Positions 37,120-50,940 of a DNA stretch of 64,000 nucleotides are shown here, piece by piece (the stretch's first letter is position 1; every line of letters begins with the position of its first letter). The stretch is taken from positions 9,361,843 to 9,425,842 of the forward strand of contig NC_069000.1 of the NCBI RefSeq assembly GCF_001194135.2, read 5' to 3'. Under the pieces are notes generated by a model. It saw only the letters and a list, made by a program, of their open reading frames with translations, had not been told where the DNA came from and searched no databases. The translations under genes were made by a program, and so were the position numbers. This DNA is from Octopus bimaculoides. Lineage: Eukaryota.

Positions 37120-37510
37120 AGGTGCAGGTATGGCTATGTAGTTAAGAAGCTCACTTTGCAACAATGTGGTCTGAGGCTCAAACCCACAGCACAGCCCTCT
37201 GGGCAAGTGTCCTGTAGTAGAGCCCAGGGCCAACCAATCAAAGTCTTGTGAGTGAATACAGTAGATGGAAACTGTGTGGAAGACCATCATGTGTGTATAT
37301 TGTATACCCCCATACCACCACCATCGCTTGACACTTGTTGGTTTGTTTACATCCTTGTAACTTAGCAGTTCAGCAATAGTGCCTAATAGAATAAGAACCA
37401 GACATATTTTTAAAAATCAGTGCCAGGGTTGATTTGTTTGATTAATTCCCTTCAGGGTACTGCCCCAGCATGGCCACAGTCCAATAAGTGAGTCAAATAA
37501 AAGATAAAAG
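37120..37510 (+). mobile_element. Full-length older SINE family A copy
   Basis: aggtgcaggtatggctatgtagttaag head through gcatggccacagtccaat...aaagataaaag tail. Confidence 0.85.
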
Positions 37511-37996
37511 AAACAGAAAAAGAGAATCACATAAAAGTTGTTACTAAAAAGGGGTGATTTATCAATATTGCTGAATATACTTCTTAACAAAAAAGGCAGA
37601 ACTTCACTAAGTTAGATGACATAGGCAAAACAGTGATATAAAATTCAATGGGTGCACTTGGAGGCCATTTTAACAGGCAAGTTAGCTGAGTGAGTAGTCA
37701 CAATGGTATCATATACACTAATACACACTTAAGTATACATACTCCATTACACATATACCACTTCTCATATAACTATATATATGTCACTACATATGCAAGG
37801 ACAGACTCGCACTACACATACTCTATCATACACACAACTGCATATACCACAATACATGCACCACTACAACACTCACATCACCATAAGACAAGTGTATATG
37901 AGAGAGCATACAATCAATCTGGATTCAGTTTGCCTCCTAAAATGACCAGTGCTCTGTTCCAGTACATCCTTATCTAAATTGAGCATTACTATTTAG

Positions 37997-38327
37997 CAAA
38001 CTTGGGTACCAAACCGTTAATCATTAATTAACAAAGTTAACATTTTCGTTATCAATCTAACGCTCTTAACAATTCTAAAGCTCTTCAAAAGGCCCCAAAA
38101 GGCTGATTTTCATAGTTTTGGCACTTTTTGAAGGTGTTTTTAGGTGACTTTAGAGCAAAAACTGATTTTTTGTTTTTTCTATAATAAAAATTAACGTTAA
38201 CGGTTTATCAATAACTTCCATTACAATTTTACAGATTTAACTGATTAATGGTCATCAAAGTTAACTTTTTGGTTAACGGATAAACAGTTAACGAAGTTAA
38301 CTTTTTGATTAAGGGTGCCCAGCTTTG
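37997..38327. mobile_element. hAT-type MITE with GTTAAC subterminal repeats
   Basis: Perfect 8-bp TSD CTATTTAG (37989-37996 and 38328-38335). TIRs CAAACTTGGGTACC / revcomp CAAAGCTGGGCACC. Six GTTAAC copies. Confidence 0.85.
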
Positions 38328-38425
38328 CTATTTAGACACCAGAAAAAGGTAGCTGGTGAAAAATAAAAAGGGTGATACAAAGTTGGGATAAGAGAGTGAG
38401 AGGAGCAGCAAATGAATGAGGGAAG

Positions 38426-38464
<39 letters not shown>

Positions 38465-39894
38465 TTGGAATGGCTGCCTTTACATCAAATCCTTTGAATT
38501 AAATTACCAGACAGGAGTGGTGGGGGGTGAAGTGGGAAATATTTCTGAACTTTATAAGGTTTGTATGTTTCTTACTTTTCTATTTTTATTATAACTATGA
38601 TACACTCCTATGGACACATCAGCATGGATATACATGAGTCGGGCATCCAACAAAAATCTTTCATCAGCAAGGGATGTTACCCAGCTGACTCCTTCAACAC
38701 CCTGCATTAAGTTGCACAAATCTGAGCATGCTAAACTAGCTAACTGTAATCTTAACTTTGTTTTTGTTTATACTTTAAAAACTTTACATTATTGATATAT
38801 TAGAGGAAAAGCAAAGCAAGAAGGAAAAAATATGTTGGGAATTTATCAACATGAATACATAGCAACCATATAAAACTCTAGTTGCTTTATATTTAAAACT
38901 GAATAATAAAGAAAAAAAAACAATGATACATACTATTATTAATTGTATTACAATCATCAATTTAATTGTACATAAATTGTTTTGTGTGAAAGAAGGTCTT
39001 ACTAAAAATATTTTTAGCTGTTATCAGCCAAATGATGAAATCAAAACTTCAAGATCCTAACCACTACTTTCCTCCAAATTTCCAAGTATTACAGAGGAGT
39101 GAGATTAAGGAGGCAAACATTACAGTAATGATAAAAGAAAGCTAGATTACATGAATGTTTAAGGCTAGAGAGATATAGGAGAATAATTCCAAAGTAGGAC
39201 AACTTCTAGCTTTACATATGAAGATAAGAATTGCTTTAGGTAAAAAATTTATCTTCTGAACAACTCTCATCAGGTCAGATTCTTTTGTGTACTTTCTAGA
39301 AAAGAAACAAAATATAATCTGAATGATTAATTGATAGATAATCTTTCGACTTCATTTTTCAACCATGCAAAGAAAGTTAATATTTTAAAATAAGTTAACT
39401 ATTAGTAGATGTTCAGAGAGTTTCATTCTGCAATAATGTGCTAACAAATGTATCATTAGATTTCTAAAGTTAATGGTTGGAATATTTTTCAAAGATGGGT
39501 GTGGTTTGTCTGGTTCCAACTAAATGACCATAAAGAGCACTCTCCTTACACAGACATAACACACATTTTAGGTCACCTGATAGCAAAGGCCATACCAACT
39601 AACAACATCTAGTTATTGGTCTGTGATATTTCTAAAACCACTACAAAACGTTTCTATTCCTCTGAAAAGCAAGCTACTCAGCATTCTCACTTGATACTAT
39701 CCCTTGTTTTCGTTCTCACCTCACAGACACTAATTTAAAACTCTTTTGATACCAACTTGCCAGAGTCTGCTCCTAGTTCTATGATGCAAACTTCCTGTCT
39801 CAAAAGTGATCTTAACTAAAATCTTCCATCAACTTTTCATATATATTTATTCCAAACATCAGCAATGTAGACAACTCCATAAAGAAGCACAAAT

Positions 39895-40385
39895 CACTCA
39901 AAGCGGATAGAACTTATGGAAGAGAGAGACCCAGAAAAAATGGGACAATGTACTGAAGAGCAATCTTAGGACCTTAAGGAGAAGATGACAAAGGACTGAG
40001 ATATCTGGCACTTTGCTATACTCAAGAAGATTTTCCCTCTACAGCAAAAGTGTTAATGTTGCTCCCCCTGCTGAAGAGGATTGGCTTGCAAGAGCCTTGT
40101 GCCAGTGCCATGTAAAAGGCACTTGTGCTGGCACCATGCGGGAAGCACTTGTGCTGGTATCACATAATAGCACTCATGCTGGCACCATATAAATGCACCC
40201 ATGCCAGTGCTACAAAAAAGCACCCAGAACACACTTTGTAAAGTGGTTGGCATTAAGAAAGGCATCCAGCTGTAGAAACCAAGTGAAACTAGACTGGAAC
40301 CTGGTGCAACTCTCCTACTTACCAGCTCTGATCAAACTGTCTAACTCATGCCAGCATGGAAAGCAGACACTAAATGATGATGACA

Positions 40386-40420
<35 letters not shown>
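39895..40420 (+). mobile_element. RTE LINE 3' terminus (ORF2 C-terminus, 3'UTR minisatellite, (GAT)n tail)
   Basis: Frameshifted RTYGRERPRK-KWDNVLKSNLRTL...MTKD*DIWHFAILKK resembles the RTE C-terminal GRGRPRKTW motif. ggcatccagctgtagaaac 3'UTR; (GAT)n tail at 40375-40420. Confidence 0.8.
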
Positions 40421-43400
40421 AGGCAGTGATTTAAAATTAAATTTAAATGTTGATTTGCACGACTGAAGATTTACTTCCACAAAATCTTTATTTACTTCAC
40501 TAGAATTATTCTTATCTCTTCCACTTAAAAAAGAAAAGATATCTACCAAGTTTAACACAGTACAGGCTAATTCAGTGGAGCTGTCATTATATATTCCAGG
40601 AAAGATAAATCATTTAGCTTAACACGGAAATGGCTGTTGCATGCCAACCATTATGTGCAGCTTGCAAAATCACATATATTCAATGGCAATGATTGGTAGA
40701 CATTGGTTTGAAGCTAGCATTCCAGATGATCTCTGACTTATACCCAGCGTTTACATGGACTGTAAAAATAAAATGTTCTACACAGCAATAGGATAACACA
40801 CCAACAGAAGATTTGAATACACAACTCAATGATAAGTGGAATAACATCTTATTCAGTTGACCACCTTAACTTCACACATACATACTAATACCCACATGTG
40901 TATAAGTGCATACATATACACGTGTACACACACATACAAGTATATACATGGTAATTGTAAACCTTGGATTAATGGTTTGTAAAGTTTATCAGCTTCAATA
41001 AAATTTGATATTTCAATCTACCTTTCATAGTGAGTAACGTTTCCTATTCTCTCGTTTTGCAGCTTTCTGCTAGCATTCACACACACGTGTGCGCACACGT
41101 GTGTATATACATATATACATACACACACAAAGACACACACACGTGAGTATAAAAACATGTGCATATACACATTTTATTCTAAAATATAAATTGATTCTGC
41201 AACAGAATATTTAAATAAAAGTCAAGTTTAAGAGAAAGTAACTTGTTTTTATGTCCTTAGTGATTTCATGTATCCATATTCAAATTATTTTAGCACCTTT
41301 GAAGAATTGATTTGCTAAATGTACCTGGATAGAAAGGATGAGATTCAGAAAATGGTATGATATCAGCATATTATTATATTTGAATGTTAGGTAGATGGCA
41401 TCTGAATATGCTGATACTATTTTTAGGTTCATCCCTTTTATTGAGATACATTCAGCAAAATCAGTCAAATAAAGTTGCTAAAATATAATAACATTTTTTT
41501 TTTTAAATCATTGGGGATATAAGAACAGTTATGGAATAAAATTCCTGATACCAAAGATGTCAATGACTTGGATATTGTTAGAGTAACTATATGGAAAAAA
41601 AATTAAGCTTATGTTAGAACTGTTTACATTTTATATAAGCAAAGAAAAATTAGCTTTCAAATTTATGTATATTTCTTTTATGATTAAAGTTACATACATG
41701 TTTCATAAAGTTGGAAAAGAAACATGCTTTTTGATTCTTTTCATCATGTTTTGATGTTTTTATTAATAATTTATTTTCACAATTCTATAAAATCTTTGAT
41801 GATAACAGCCAATAATTTTCTATTTCTCATTACTATGGCAACACAAATTTTGATAAGCCTGCACACCATAATTTGAAAGCAAAAAAAAAAAAAGTATATT
41901 CATAAAGTGTCCTGATATGTTATCATTCCTTAGGAGGTCACTAACTAAGCATAAAAAAGATGTTTCTTTTATAGTGTCTTGTTTATTCCTCAGGCACCAA
42001 AAGCAAAAAAAAATATATATATATATATAGTACTGTATATACTATAAATTCTCAAGTCCAAACAGAGATCTTCAATTAATACATGAGATTTTACTGAGTA
42101 ATCTAAATATCTTACTTCTAAAAACAACAAAAGGACAAAAGAGTACAGAAATACGTTTAGGTTAATGGTGATGATATATCATTTTTTAAAAATTTCCTTT
42201 TTTGCTGATGAACTAATGACTTTGTAAGCAAAAGTAAGTTATCATATGCACTAGTGCAAAATGATATGACATCAGTTATTTGACTTCACATGGTCAGATG
42301 CATCCATCAATGGATAACTAACAATATTGAATTTAAATTAAAAATGAAGCTCATGCTTTTTCTCTAGTCATTAGTAGCTAAATAAGTACAGTAGTTTGCA
42401 AATCTTGAATTGAAATTGGGTCGTATACTCAGCTTACCAACATCTTATCACCTCAAATTCTACGGCATTTACCAACTAACCAACCAACCAACCAACCAGC
42501 AAATATAGATGTAGATCATGATTTGTGTGATTTTTGCATCTTGTTTTTTTTTAAATTGTTTGTTTTATCTTTTATTATATTTATCTGTTTATTTTTGTTA
42601 ATTTAAACTTTTTTTCTCAGAGAAAAGTTGTTCTGCTTTTTAATTTTTATTTATCAAAAGCAAATGCAAAAAATACTCATTTATTACTATGAGGGCATCA
42701 ACATCACTGAAGACAGGGTTTGGGGACTTGTTTTTACCACATTCCTGACAATAAAATTTGTTAAATTCCCTCCAAGCTTTTATTTAATTGTAGTTTTTCA
42801 TTTTTTTTTTTTTTCAGTCAGGATATAATTTGAATACATATAGAAATGGATGGAGTTGGGGTAGAATTCATTTGAAGTTATATTTCAAACCATATAATAA
42901 AATCCCTCGCTATTCATACAACAGCCACTGATACTATAAAATCGTTGAGTGAATATTACATTATTTAAAATAAATAAATAAATCCGCCAATAGTAAGTTA
43001 CTACACAGAGAGAATCTTGTAATTGCAAGTTTAGCAGAAACCTACAGGGGTTTAGTTAGCCTTTCATCTTTCAAAAGGGTGATAAAGCGCTTCTTAGATT
43101 CCAGGATAAGCAGCTAAATTTCTATATATATATATTATATGACTAGTAGGAGTGACATCCATCTCTTCAACAGAGCAGGATGAGAAAACAAAAGAATAAA
43201 CATCTAAAAGGTTAAGCTGAAAAACATTTTATTTAATGTTTGATATTATTCTTGATGGACCACAGTTTCAAGAAAATTTTAAAAGCATTACATATTATTA
43301 AAAACAAAGCAAAAAAATATGTCAAGAAAGGAAAATATTATGACAGTAGGCAATGAATGCAGTTTCTTGTTACAAAAATTGAGCTGCACTTGGCTTTTAC

Positions 43401-43929
43401 TTAGGGTGCGTTTGAAAGTGTAATCTACCATGCACACTCTAATTTTAACAGATATGTCAATGTAACCTGGTAGCTAAATATCAGCAGCAATGTGCATAGA
43501 ATTTAGAAAAGAAGAATTTAATCTTTATTGTATGGAGTACATTGTATGCATGCCTCTGGATTTTAAGTTATTCTTTAAAAAATAATAATAAAAAAAAAGA
43601 GAACCTAAAAAACTCCAATATTTTTCATTCATATACTTTTACTTTCATTTATTGATTTTATTTAGAAGTTTGACATATTTCATATCTAACATCTTGAATA
43701 AGACTTTAACATTAACAAAATACTTTAATATAAAGTTTTGGTAACAGAAATAACAACAGCAACAACAAAAGTATAAATCTTCAAGCAGATCAATGTATGC
43801 AACATTTGAAGTGGCTAATAAAACTGGGTTTTCTGACTTAGTTCACTATGACCACCACTGCCACTATCACCACCACCAACAAGTTTTTCCTGATTAGACA
43901 GAAAACTAATTTTCCAGTATGAAATATAA

Positions 43930-44215
43930 AGTCAATTGAATCTATTCCTATGCAATACTAGGAAGGGATGAAAGTTAACACCACCCCAGTGAAGTTTTGA
44001 TTCAGAATATAACAGGACATAACTAAATAATGATTTCTAACAAAGGCATAATACCACAAACTTTAGGACAGAGAATAGTCAATTAGATTGATTGTAGTAC
44101 ATGACACCCACTTATTTTATTGACTTTGGAAGGATGAATGACGCAGCCAACTTGGGTGTGATTTAAACTCAAAATGTAAAGATAAATAATTAAACACCAC
44201 TAGGTATTTTATCCA
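43930..44215 (-). mobile_element. Two degraded family B SINE fragments
   Basis: ggaagggatgaaag / ggaaggatgaatgac...aactcaaaatgtaaag segments, homologous to 45925-46140. Confidence 0.5.
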
Positions 44216-45924
44216 CTATCCTATCAGATCTGCCTTTTAATTTGAAGTGCTAATTATTCTAATATAAGCAGCAAGGTTAGAGAATACAACAACTATATGG
44301 TGATAGGAAACAGCCAATTTGAGAAAACATACAAATATTTATCTATTTGGAAAAGAATAGATACTCCAGATATTTATTTTGCACAGTTACAACACATTAA
44401 ATTACTAGGGAACTAACAGTGCTTCTATTCATGTTAACTAAAAAAACAAAAGTTAATTATATTATTAATTTCTTTAGATGTTAATAAACCATTATGCTGA
44501 AACCATCCAAAGATAAACTATTAGCTAAACAATAAACACTTTATAATGTGCAAATTAATTTTTAGGTAAGTTGCACATGAAAATCAAAAACAAAAATCCG
44601 AAACATTATCATCATAAATAGTCAAATTGAAGCCATTTATTATGAATAAATAGAAAAACCTATTATACAACCAATATACATCATAACTAAAATACAGAGT
44701 GAAAATATATGACAGTGAATAAGAGTGGTGTGATTGAGATAAAGTAGAGACTAATGTTTCTAGCAGCACCCTTCCTCACAGACTTACACTAACCAAGAAA
44801 TGCTAGTATCCTTTTACACAAATCAGTAAGAAAATCTCTAAAAAGCTGATTAACCTCTTAGAAACAGCAACCAAATTTCCTTCAAATCATACCATACAAT
44901 CTTTAAAAAAAAAAAGCTGGTCATAGCTGAAACATCTTTTGATCATTGGTTTGAAACAGCAGTAACAACCCTTTTAACATTGAATGCAACATATCATATT
45001 TTTAAACTCTCCTACTGTGTCCTTTGCTTTAAACAGAAGAGAGGTTCCACATTTTATGGTTGAGTGGTCAGAAGTAGCAAAGGCATTCAACAAATACTTA
45101 CTACAACATAGACAAATAACCAAATTCTTTTTTACATCCATACAAATTCAGCTATAAAATATTATTAACCAGACAAAAAAAAATAGTAATAATAAAACCT
45201 AACTAGGTTATATATATATCTAACATTTCATTCTTTCACAAAAGTAAAAAAAAAAAAACATCACACTGTTGGTTTTGTTTATCTGTTTAACCATTTCATC
45301 TCCTATCTAAAAAGTTATGCATCCTAAAAGTTTTGTTGAGAGGTGTTGTTGATAGTATAGCAGCATGGAATGTGGCAGATTATTCTGTTCATGAAGTAAT
45401 GAAAGATTGCTGTGAATTTACTGTAAACTAAACAGAGGTGGTGGTGGTGGGGCTACTGAACAGCAAAATACAGTGTATCCTAACCATAACTTCTGCTCTA
45501 GAGGAAATGCTTGACGTAAAAAACACATATATAAGTTAATGAGTTGCATGCATTTCTGGTAGGAAAAGGTATCAAATTTTGTTCATGGGGTTATGTATAT
45601 GAGGAAAGCATTTTGTCTATTTTGTTCACAATTACAAATAACTTTCATTCCTAATCCTATGTTGGAGGATAGTTGTGAAACTATACTGGTCACACTTAAA
45701 AGAGGACAAAGATACCTACATTTGACTAATAACAAAGTTTATACCAAACATTTTCTTAACATGGAATTACAAATGTAACTATTTTTAATCCCAGAGGTCA
45801 TCATATAAATCAAGACAATAAATTTAGTTTATAAATATACATAGAAACTAAGAGGTTTTTGCTTCTATGAGACTTGACCCGTTGAATTAAAACAAATTTA
45901 CAGCATACTTTTACAAATGTAAAC

Positions 45925-46140
45925 AATCTTATCCACTGGAGGTGCAAAGCCTGAAATTTGATGGGAGGAGGCTTATCAATTACATCAACCCTAGTGCTCA
46001 ACTGCTACTTCTTTTATCAACTCAAAAAAGATGAAAGACAAAGTTAACCACAGCAGAATTTGAACGCATAATTTAAAGTCAGAAGAAATACTGCTAAGCA
46101 TTTTATCTGGTGTTCTAACAATTCTGCCAGCTCGATGCCT
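45925..46140 (-). mobile_element. tRNA/CORE-type SINE family B, near full length
   Basis: Revcomp gagctggcagaattgttagaacaccagataaaatgcttagc...gttcaaattctgc...ctttcatc head and core. Confidence 0.85.
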
Positions 46141-46701
46141 ACAAATGTAAATAATAAACAGCCAGTGTAGATAGTTTATTATACATTTTAAGTTATACAT
46201 GTAGAGAATTAAATGTTATATTAGATTCAGACCAGCTAAAAAGCCATAAACAATAAAAGTAATTGCCTAGTTTCAAATGAAAAACAAAAACAGATCAGCT
46301 ATCAACATAGGATATGAAATTAGAATAATTTGCCTGATATGAAATATAGTTTGTTCATGAAAACACTGATGGAGTAGTTTATTTGCCTATCTCTTCATTT
46401 TAAGTCAGTAGAGTATATCTTAAGAAATATTTCCCTAAAACTTGGTTAAATTATCTAGATAGACTCCCCCAATCAGCGATCATGTCACTATTAACTAGGC
46501 TAAAATACTGTGTAACTGATCTGATAAAGACTTATATCTCTATCCAAGCTCTTAAGAAGAAAATATATTTCACAAAAATACTAAGATAAATCCTTCTGAG
46601 CCAAAAGTGAAGCTTCCCACAACAGAATTTTGATAGTACTCATACAATTTCTTTAAGAGAAAAATAATTCCATTTATTATTTGAACGCACACATTTTAAA
46701 T

Positions 46702-47017
46702 CAGTGGCTCCCAAATCTTTTCAAGCTGCCACCTCCTTGATGCCCAGGCCACATTCCTAGTGCCCCCACTCCAACTAACCATCAGAAACATAGACCTCTT
46801 TCTGAAGCAAATTCAAAGCAACTGTATTTCACAAATAAAATTTAACCTAATCAACCCATTATTTTGTTGTTTTTACATGAATTGCTATCCCACTATTGCA
46901 CCGCTTTTTATATGATCCGCTACTCCATTATCACCCCACTTTTCTTCAATGCCCCCTTGGAAGTTTCCACTGCCTCCAGGGGGGGGGGGGCAATACTATC
47001 CACTTTAGGAACCACTG
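46702..47017. mobile_element. hAT (Charlie-like) MITE
   Basis: TIRs CAGTGGCTCCCAAA / revcomp CAGTGGTTCCTAAA (12/14). Perfect 8-bp TSD TTTTAAAT (46694-46701 and 47018-47025). Confidence 0.88.
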
Positions 47018-47167
47018 TTTTAAATCTTTCATCCAAAACCATTTGATTCTTATAGAGATGTTTTTTTCTCCAAGTTAAGCCTGAATGAATAAATCTATAA
47101 TCAAAGGCATCCCAGCTGTTAACCATCACTCTTTTTTATCCAAATATATTGTAACTAATGGTTCTAA

Positions 47168-47335
47168 GGCAAATGCAAAATGGCCAAATGGTTAAGAAGT
47201 TTGCTTTGCAATTATGAGGTCCTGGTTTTGATTTTACTGTAGCCATCTTGAGTGCCATTTTCTACATCCTTGGTCAACCCATACCTTGTGAGTGAAATCA
47301 AGTGTATTTCTCTGGGGGAGTAGTTGAACTATGAA
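47168..47335 (+). mobile_element. SINE family A, 5' half
   Basis: tggccaaatggttaagaagtttgctttgcaa...ccttgtgagtgaaat, followed by (GT)(GA)n. Confidence 0.65.
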
Positions 47336-47359
47336 GTGTGTGTGTATGTGTGTGTGTGT

Positions 47360-47413
<54 letters not shown>

Positions 47414-47424
47414 NNNNNNNNNNN

Positions 47425-47497
<73 letters not shown>
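47335..47497. repeat. (GT)n(GA)n-gap-(GT)n microsatellite
   Basis: Directly visible. Confidence 0.95.
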
Positions 47498-47499
<2 letters not shown>

Positions 47500-47798
47500 A
47501 TATAAATATAAACCATATGTATCTTAGAAGCATATTACCCTATTAAACATCAGAGTCCTCAATATGTAAATATAATTCTTCCAACACAAAAGATGTATCA
47601 AGTTGCATATGTTCTAACAGCAGTGCTTTTATTGACCTACTATTTATTTTCATTGCTCTTCTGCTCTTCCCGCTCTGTGTGTGTGTAAGATCAAGAAAAG
47701 TAATGAAGAGAAAAGCGAGATTCCTAAAATTACTTCAGCTGTTAGAACCTAGGCAACTAAATACATGCTTTGTGCTCTTCCAGTTAATGTAATGATGG

Positions 47799-47983
47799 TT
47801 AACCCTTTAGCATTCAGATTACTCTTTCAAATGTAATGTGTCATTCATTGACATTGTTTTGCGTTAATCATGCATTATCTCATAGCTTCAAGATACCAAT
47901 TATATGATTACTTATTTTTACAAAGACACTGTAAGGTAGGAGTGAGAAGCCAGATCTGGCCAGTTTAAATACTAAAAGGTTAA
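47799..47983. mobile_element. piggyBac-type MITE (second family)
   Basis: TTAA-CCCTTTAGCATT ... AATACTAAAAGG-TTAA (TIR 10/12). Confidence 0.75.
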
Positions 47984-48124
47984 ATTCATTATGGGAAGTG
48001 AATAATAAATTTCATATATNNNNNNNNNNNNNNNNNNNNNNNNNNNNNNNNNNNNNNNNNNNNNNNNNNNNNNNNNNNNNNNNNNNATATATATATATAT
48101 ATAAGTAAATGGGTCTTGGTCAGA

Positions 48125-48260
48125 ATTTACAATCATGAGTGTTCAGCTGTTCTATCAACTGAGCTACTAGGCTCACTGAATTAACTCATAAGTGGCTGAG
48201 TATTCCACAGTTACATGCAACCTTCACGTAATTCTGAAGTGGAAACAGCATGACACTGGG
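48125..48260 (-). mobile_element. SINE family C 3' segment
   Basis: agtggctgagtattccacag is the reverse complement of the segment at 30700-30722. Confidence 0.55.
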
Positions 48261-48314
48261 AAAGGGCTGAAACCTTAAATTACAGATGCTATCCATCTGA
48301 GAGTCTTCTGTACT

Positions 48315-48462
48315 GTTTCCAATTAACTAATTTCACTCACAATGTATGCGATGATCCAAAGATATGGAAAATGACATTTGCCTAACGTATCACACAGCAG
48401 AATGAAAACCAGGACTTCATGGTTACAAGACAAACTTCTTAACCATTTGACCAAACTGTGCA
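48315..48462 (-). mobile_element. SINE family A, 5' half
   Basis: atttcactcacaa...aaacttcttaaccatttgacca; reverse-complement homology to 47168-47335. Confidence 0.65.
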
Positions 48463-48676
48463 TATATATATATGTATGCATTTGTGTATGCGTGTGTTTG
48501 TGTGCATGTTTGTGAAGTTCTTCAGCTTCACTAAAACTCCATAGTTAACTCTACTGTTGGTATTCAAGTGCTATTTTCTCCACATTGTTTTGCACTTATG
48601 CGTTTGCACATATATAACTATGTACATTCACACACACTATATGTATATATGTACATATATGTATGTATGTATGTAC

Positions 48677-48709
<33 letters not shown>

Positions 48710-50907
48710 TATATATATATATATATATATATAAAACCATAGCTATTCCATAATCAAGTTACAAAAAAAACAACCTTCACCTTGAAAACTGTAAGAAAAG
48801 CACAATGTGTATGTGTGTGTGTGTGTGTGTGTGTGCATGTGTATGAGAGAGAGAGGGTGTGAATGTGTTTGTGTGAAGTGTCAATATATGTACATATACA
48901 TTGACACACTTCATCGTACACACAGACACACTCAAACTTGCATGCAATATACAAGCATGCATCCACCTAAAGGAAAAAATCTGAGAGGCTGTGTGTATGT
49001 AAATGTGCGTGTACTCCTATGTTTTCACAAGAACAGGCTTTTTCTATTAAAAATATCTGATAAATTGCTAGCAGCCACTACCAATACATCATACATCTAT
49101 AAATATTATATTCTATTTAAAATAGATGCATGTATTATTTTCTTTTCTTAATCACTTCAAAAATATTTGAAATATGACTTATAATGACAACCACATTTAT
49201 AGCAATATAGCATTACCAATGCTGGAGCTCAGAATTAGTACATTTATTGTTGGATTGAATTGTTCAGAATACTTCTTTTACATATTCTAAACTGAAGTCT
49301 TAAAATCTTAAAATGAATTTATTTCTCTGTTGTAATTCCATAACCGCTAACATTATTTTGTCTTTTCAGATACATGTATTAATTTAACTCAGGATACAGT
49401 GAAGACAGAACTAAACTAGTTTTCTCTATGTATGATACTGCTTAGCTGTAGACATCTTTCATCTACAAATAAAAAAATTCCAAAGGCCTGAGATCTAGAA
49501 TATCAATTCTGAGGGTATTGATTGGAAGATTCTTAATCACTGAGTCAATCGTGAATATTGAATATCAAGTCTTGCATTTGTAATAATACATTTTTATTAT
49601 ATATATATTTTTTGGGGAGAGTTACAATGAATAACAACCTTAAAAATATTCAATTCAGAACACAGATTTGGGTCAGTGGTTTGAAAATGTTAAAATAAAA
49701 GTCAGTTACCAAAGTAAAAAAAAAAAATATTGGCTATGTTATATATTCCAATGGTTGAATGCAATTAAATACAGGTACACACTAATTTTCCAGCACGTCT
49801 TCTAATCTAGACATAACAGTGAGTAGACCTATGAATTTCGCATGACCCACTAGACTAGTTAACTGGGTGGCCACAGAGGGAACTGTGTATCATTTATGTT
49901 TCTAAAGAATAAGCAAAGGTTTTTCGTGAAGCTTTGCAAGAGAGATAGCTATGAATCACATGGTGATGGTCCCTTAGAAATACACTCTGACTTATTATTC
50001 TGTGATTCCTGTTACTCCAGAAAAATTAATAATATGGCATTGCAAGGAAATTAGTGGTACACAGTTAAGAATATACCATTAAAGTCTGGAAACTTACTAG
50101 AATTACTATAAAGCCAACCAAGAAGTGGCACATATCTAAGATTTTGATCTTACAAATCAAAATACTGTTTGTTTGAAATTCTACATTACTTGCAGCAATG
50201 GTGAAATTAGCAAATGAAATATTATGTGTGATCAGAAAACAGAACATGTTACAGTTGAATACATCTTTGGACAAGTTTGGTAGAGAAGAAAAACTTGTTT
50301 GGTTCAGTATTTAAAGAAAAAATGGATTGATAAGCTATTTTTGCATTGGTTAACACAAAAAATTCCCTAAAGTCCACTGATTTGGCTAATCAGAACCAGT
50401 GGTAATCAAAACTCTAATCAGGTCCCAAATCTAAACACATGCTAGTGATATATATATTTTACAGAACATTTTAAACTTTCAAATTAAAAACTAATAATAA
50501 ATTCTCTTCTTATAAACTGAGCTCGCAGGCCATATGTTTGGCATCCTTGTTCTATGCCACTGCATCCCTACAAAACCCTCATTCTATTCACATTTTCTTT
50601 ATGAACACAAATATCATGCTAGCCTTACCATGATACTAATCATGCTAGCTTTACCCAGTTTCATTCTTATGATTTAGTCTAAACAGACCTGAACATTTAT
50701 GAATACTGATTCTTCTCTTCAAGCTAACAAACAAGAAAACATCTTGTTTTACTTCAAATGTTGCAAATCATCATACAATGCTGTTATACTACATTTCACT
50801 CATTTCAAGTACACCCCCACAAAAAAAGAGGGGGCTTTTTTTTAAACTGAAGTCAAACTCTGAAACTACAACTGCAGAATATAAATATATTGAATTAAAT
50901 ATAGCAT

Positions 50908-50940
<33 letters not shown>

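Noticed and set aside
40092-40225. Repeat array superficially like a CRISPR
   Set aside because: Eukaryotic DNA, no unique spacers, embedded in a LINE 3'UTR.
44551-44571. + strand TTTTTAG|GTAAGT zero-length-exon motif
   Set aside because: Short pyrimidine tract, no downstream exon-defining donor, and no firm + strand gene.
50397-50549. Possible third hAT MITE (cagtggtaatcaaac...gtttggcatccttg)
   Set aside because: TIRs are degenerate and the 8-bp flanks do not match.
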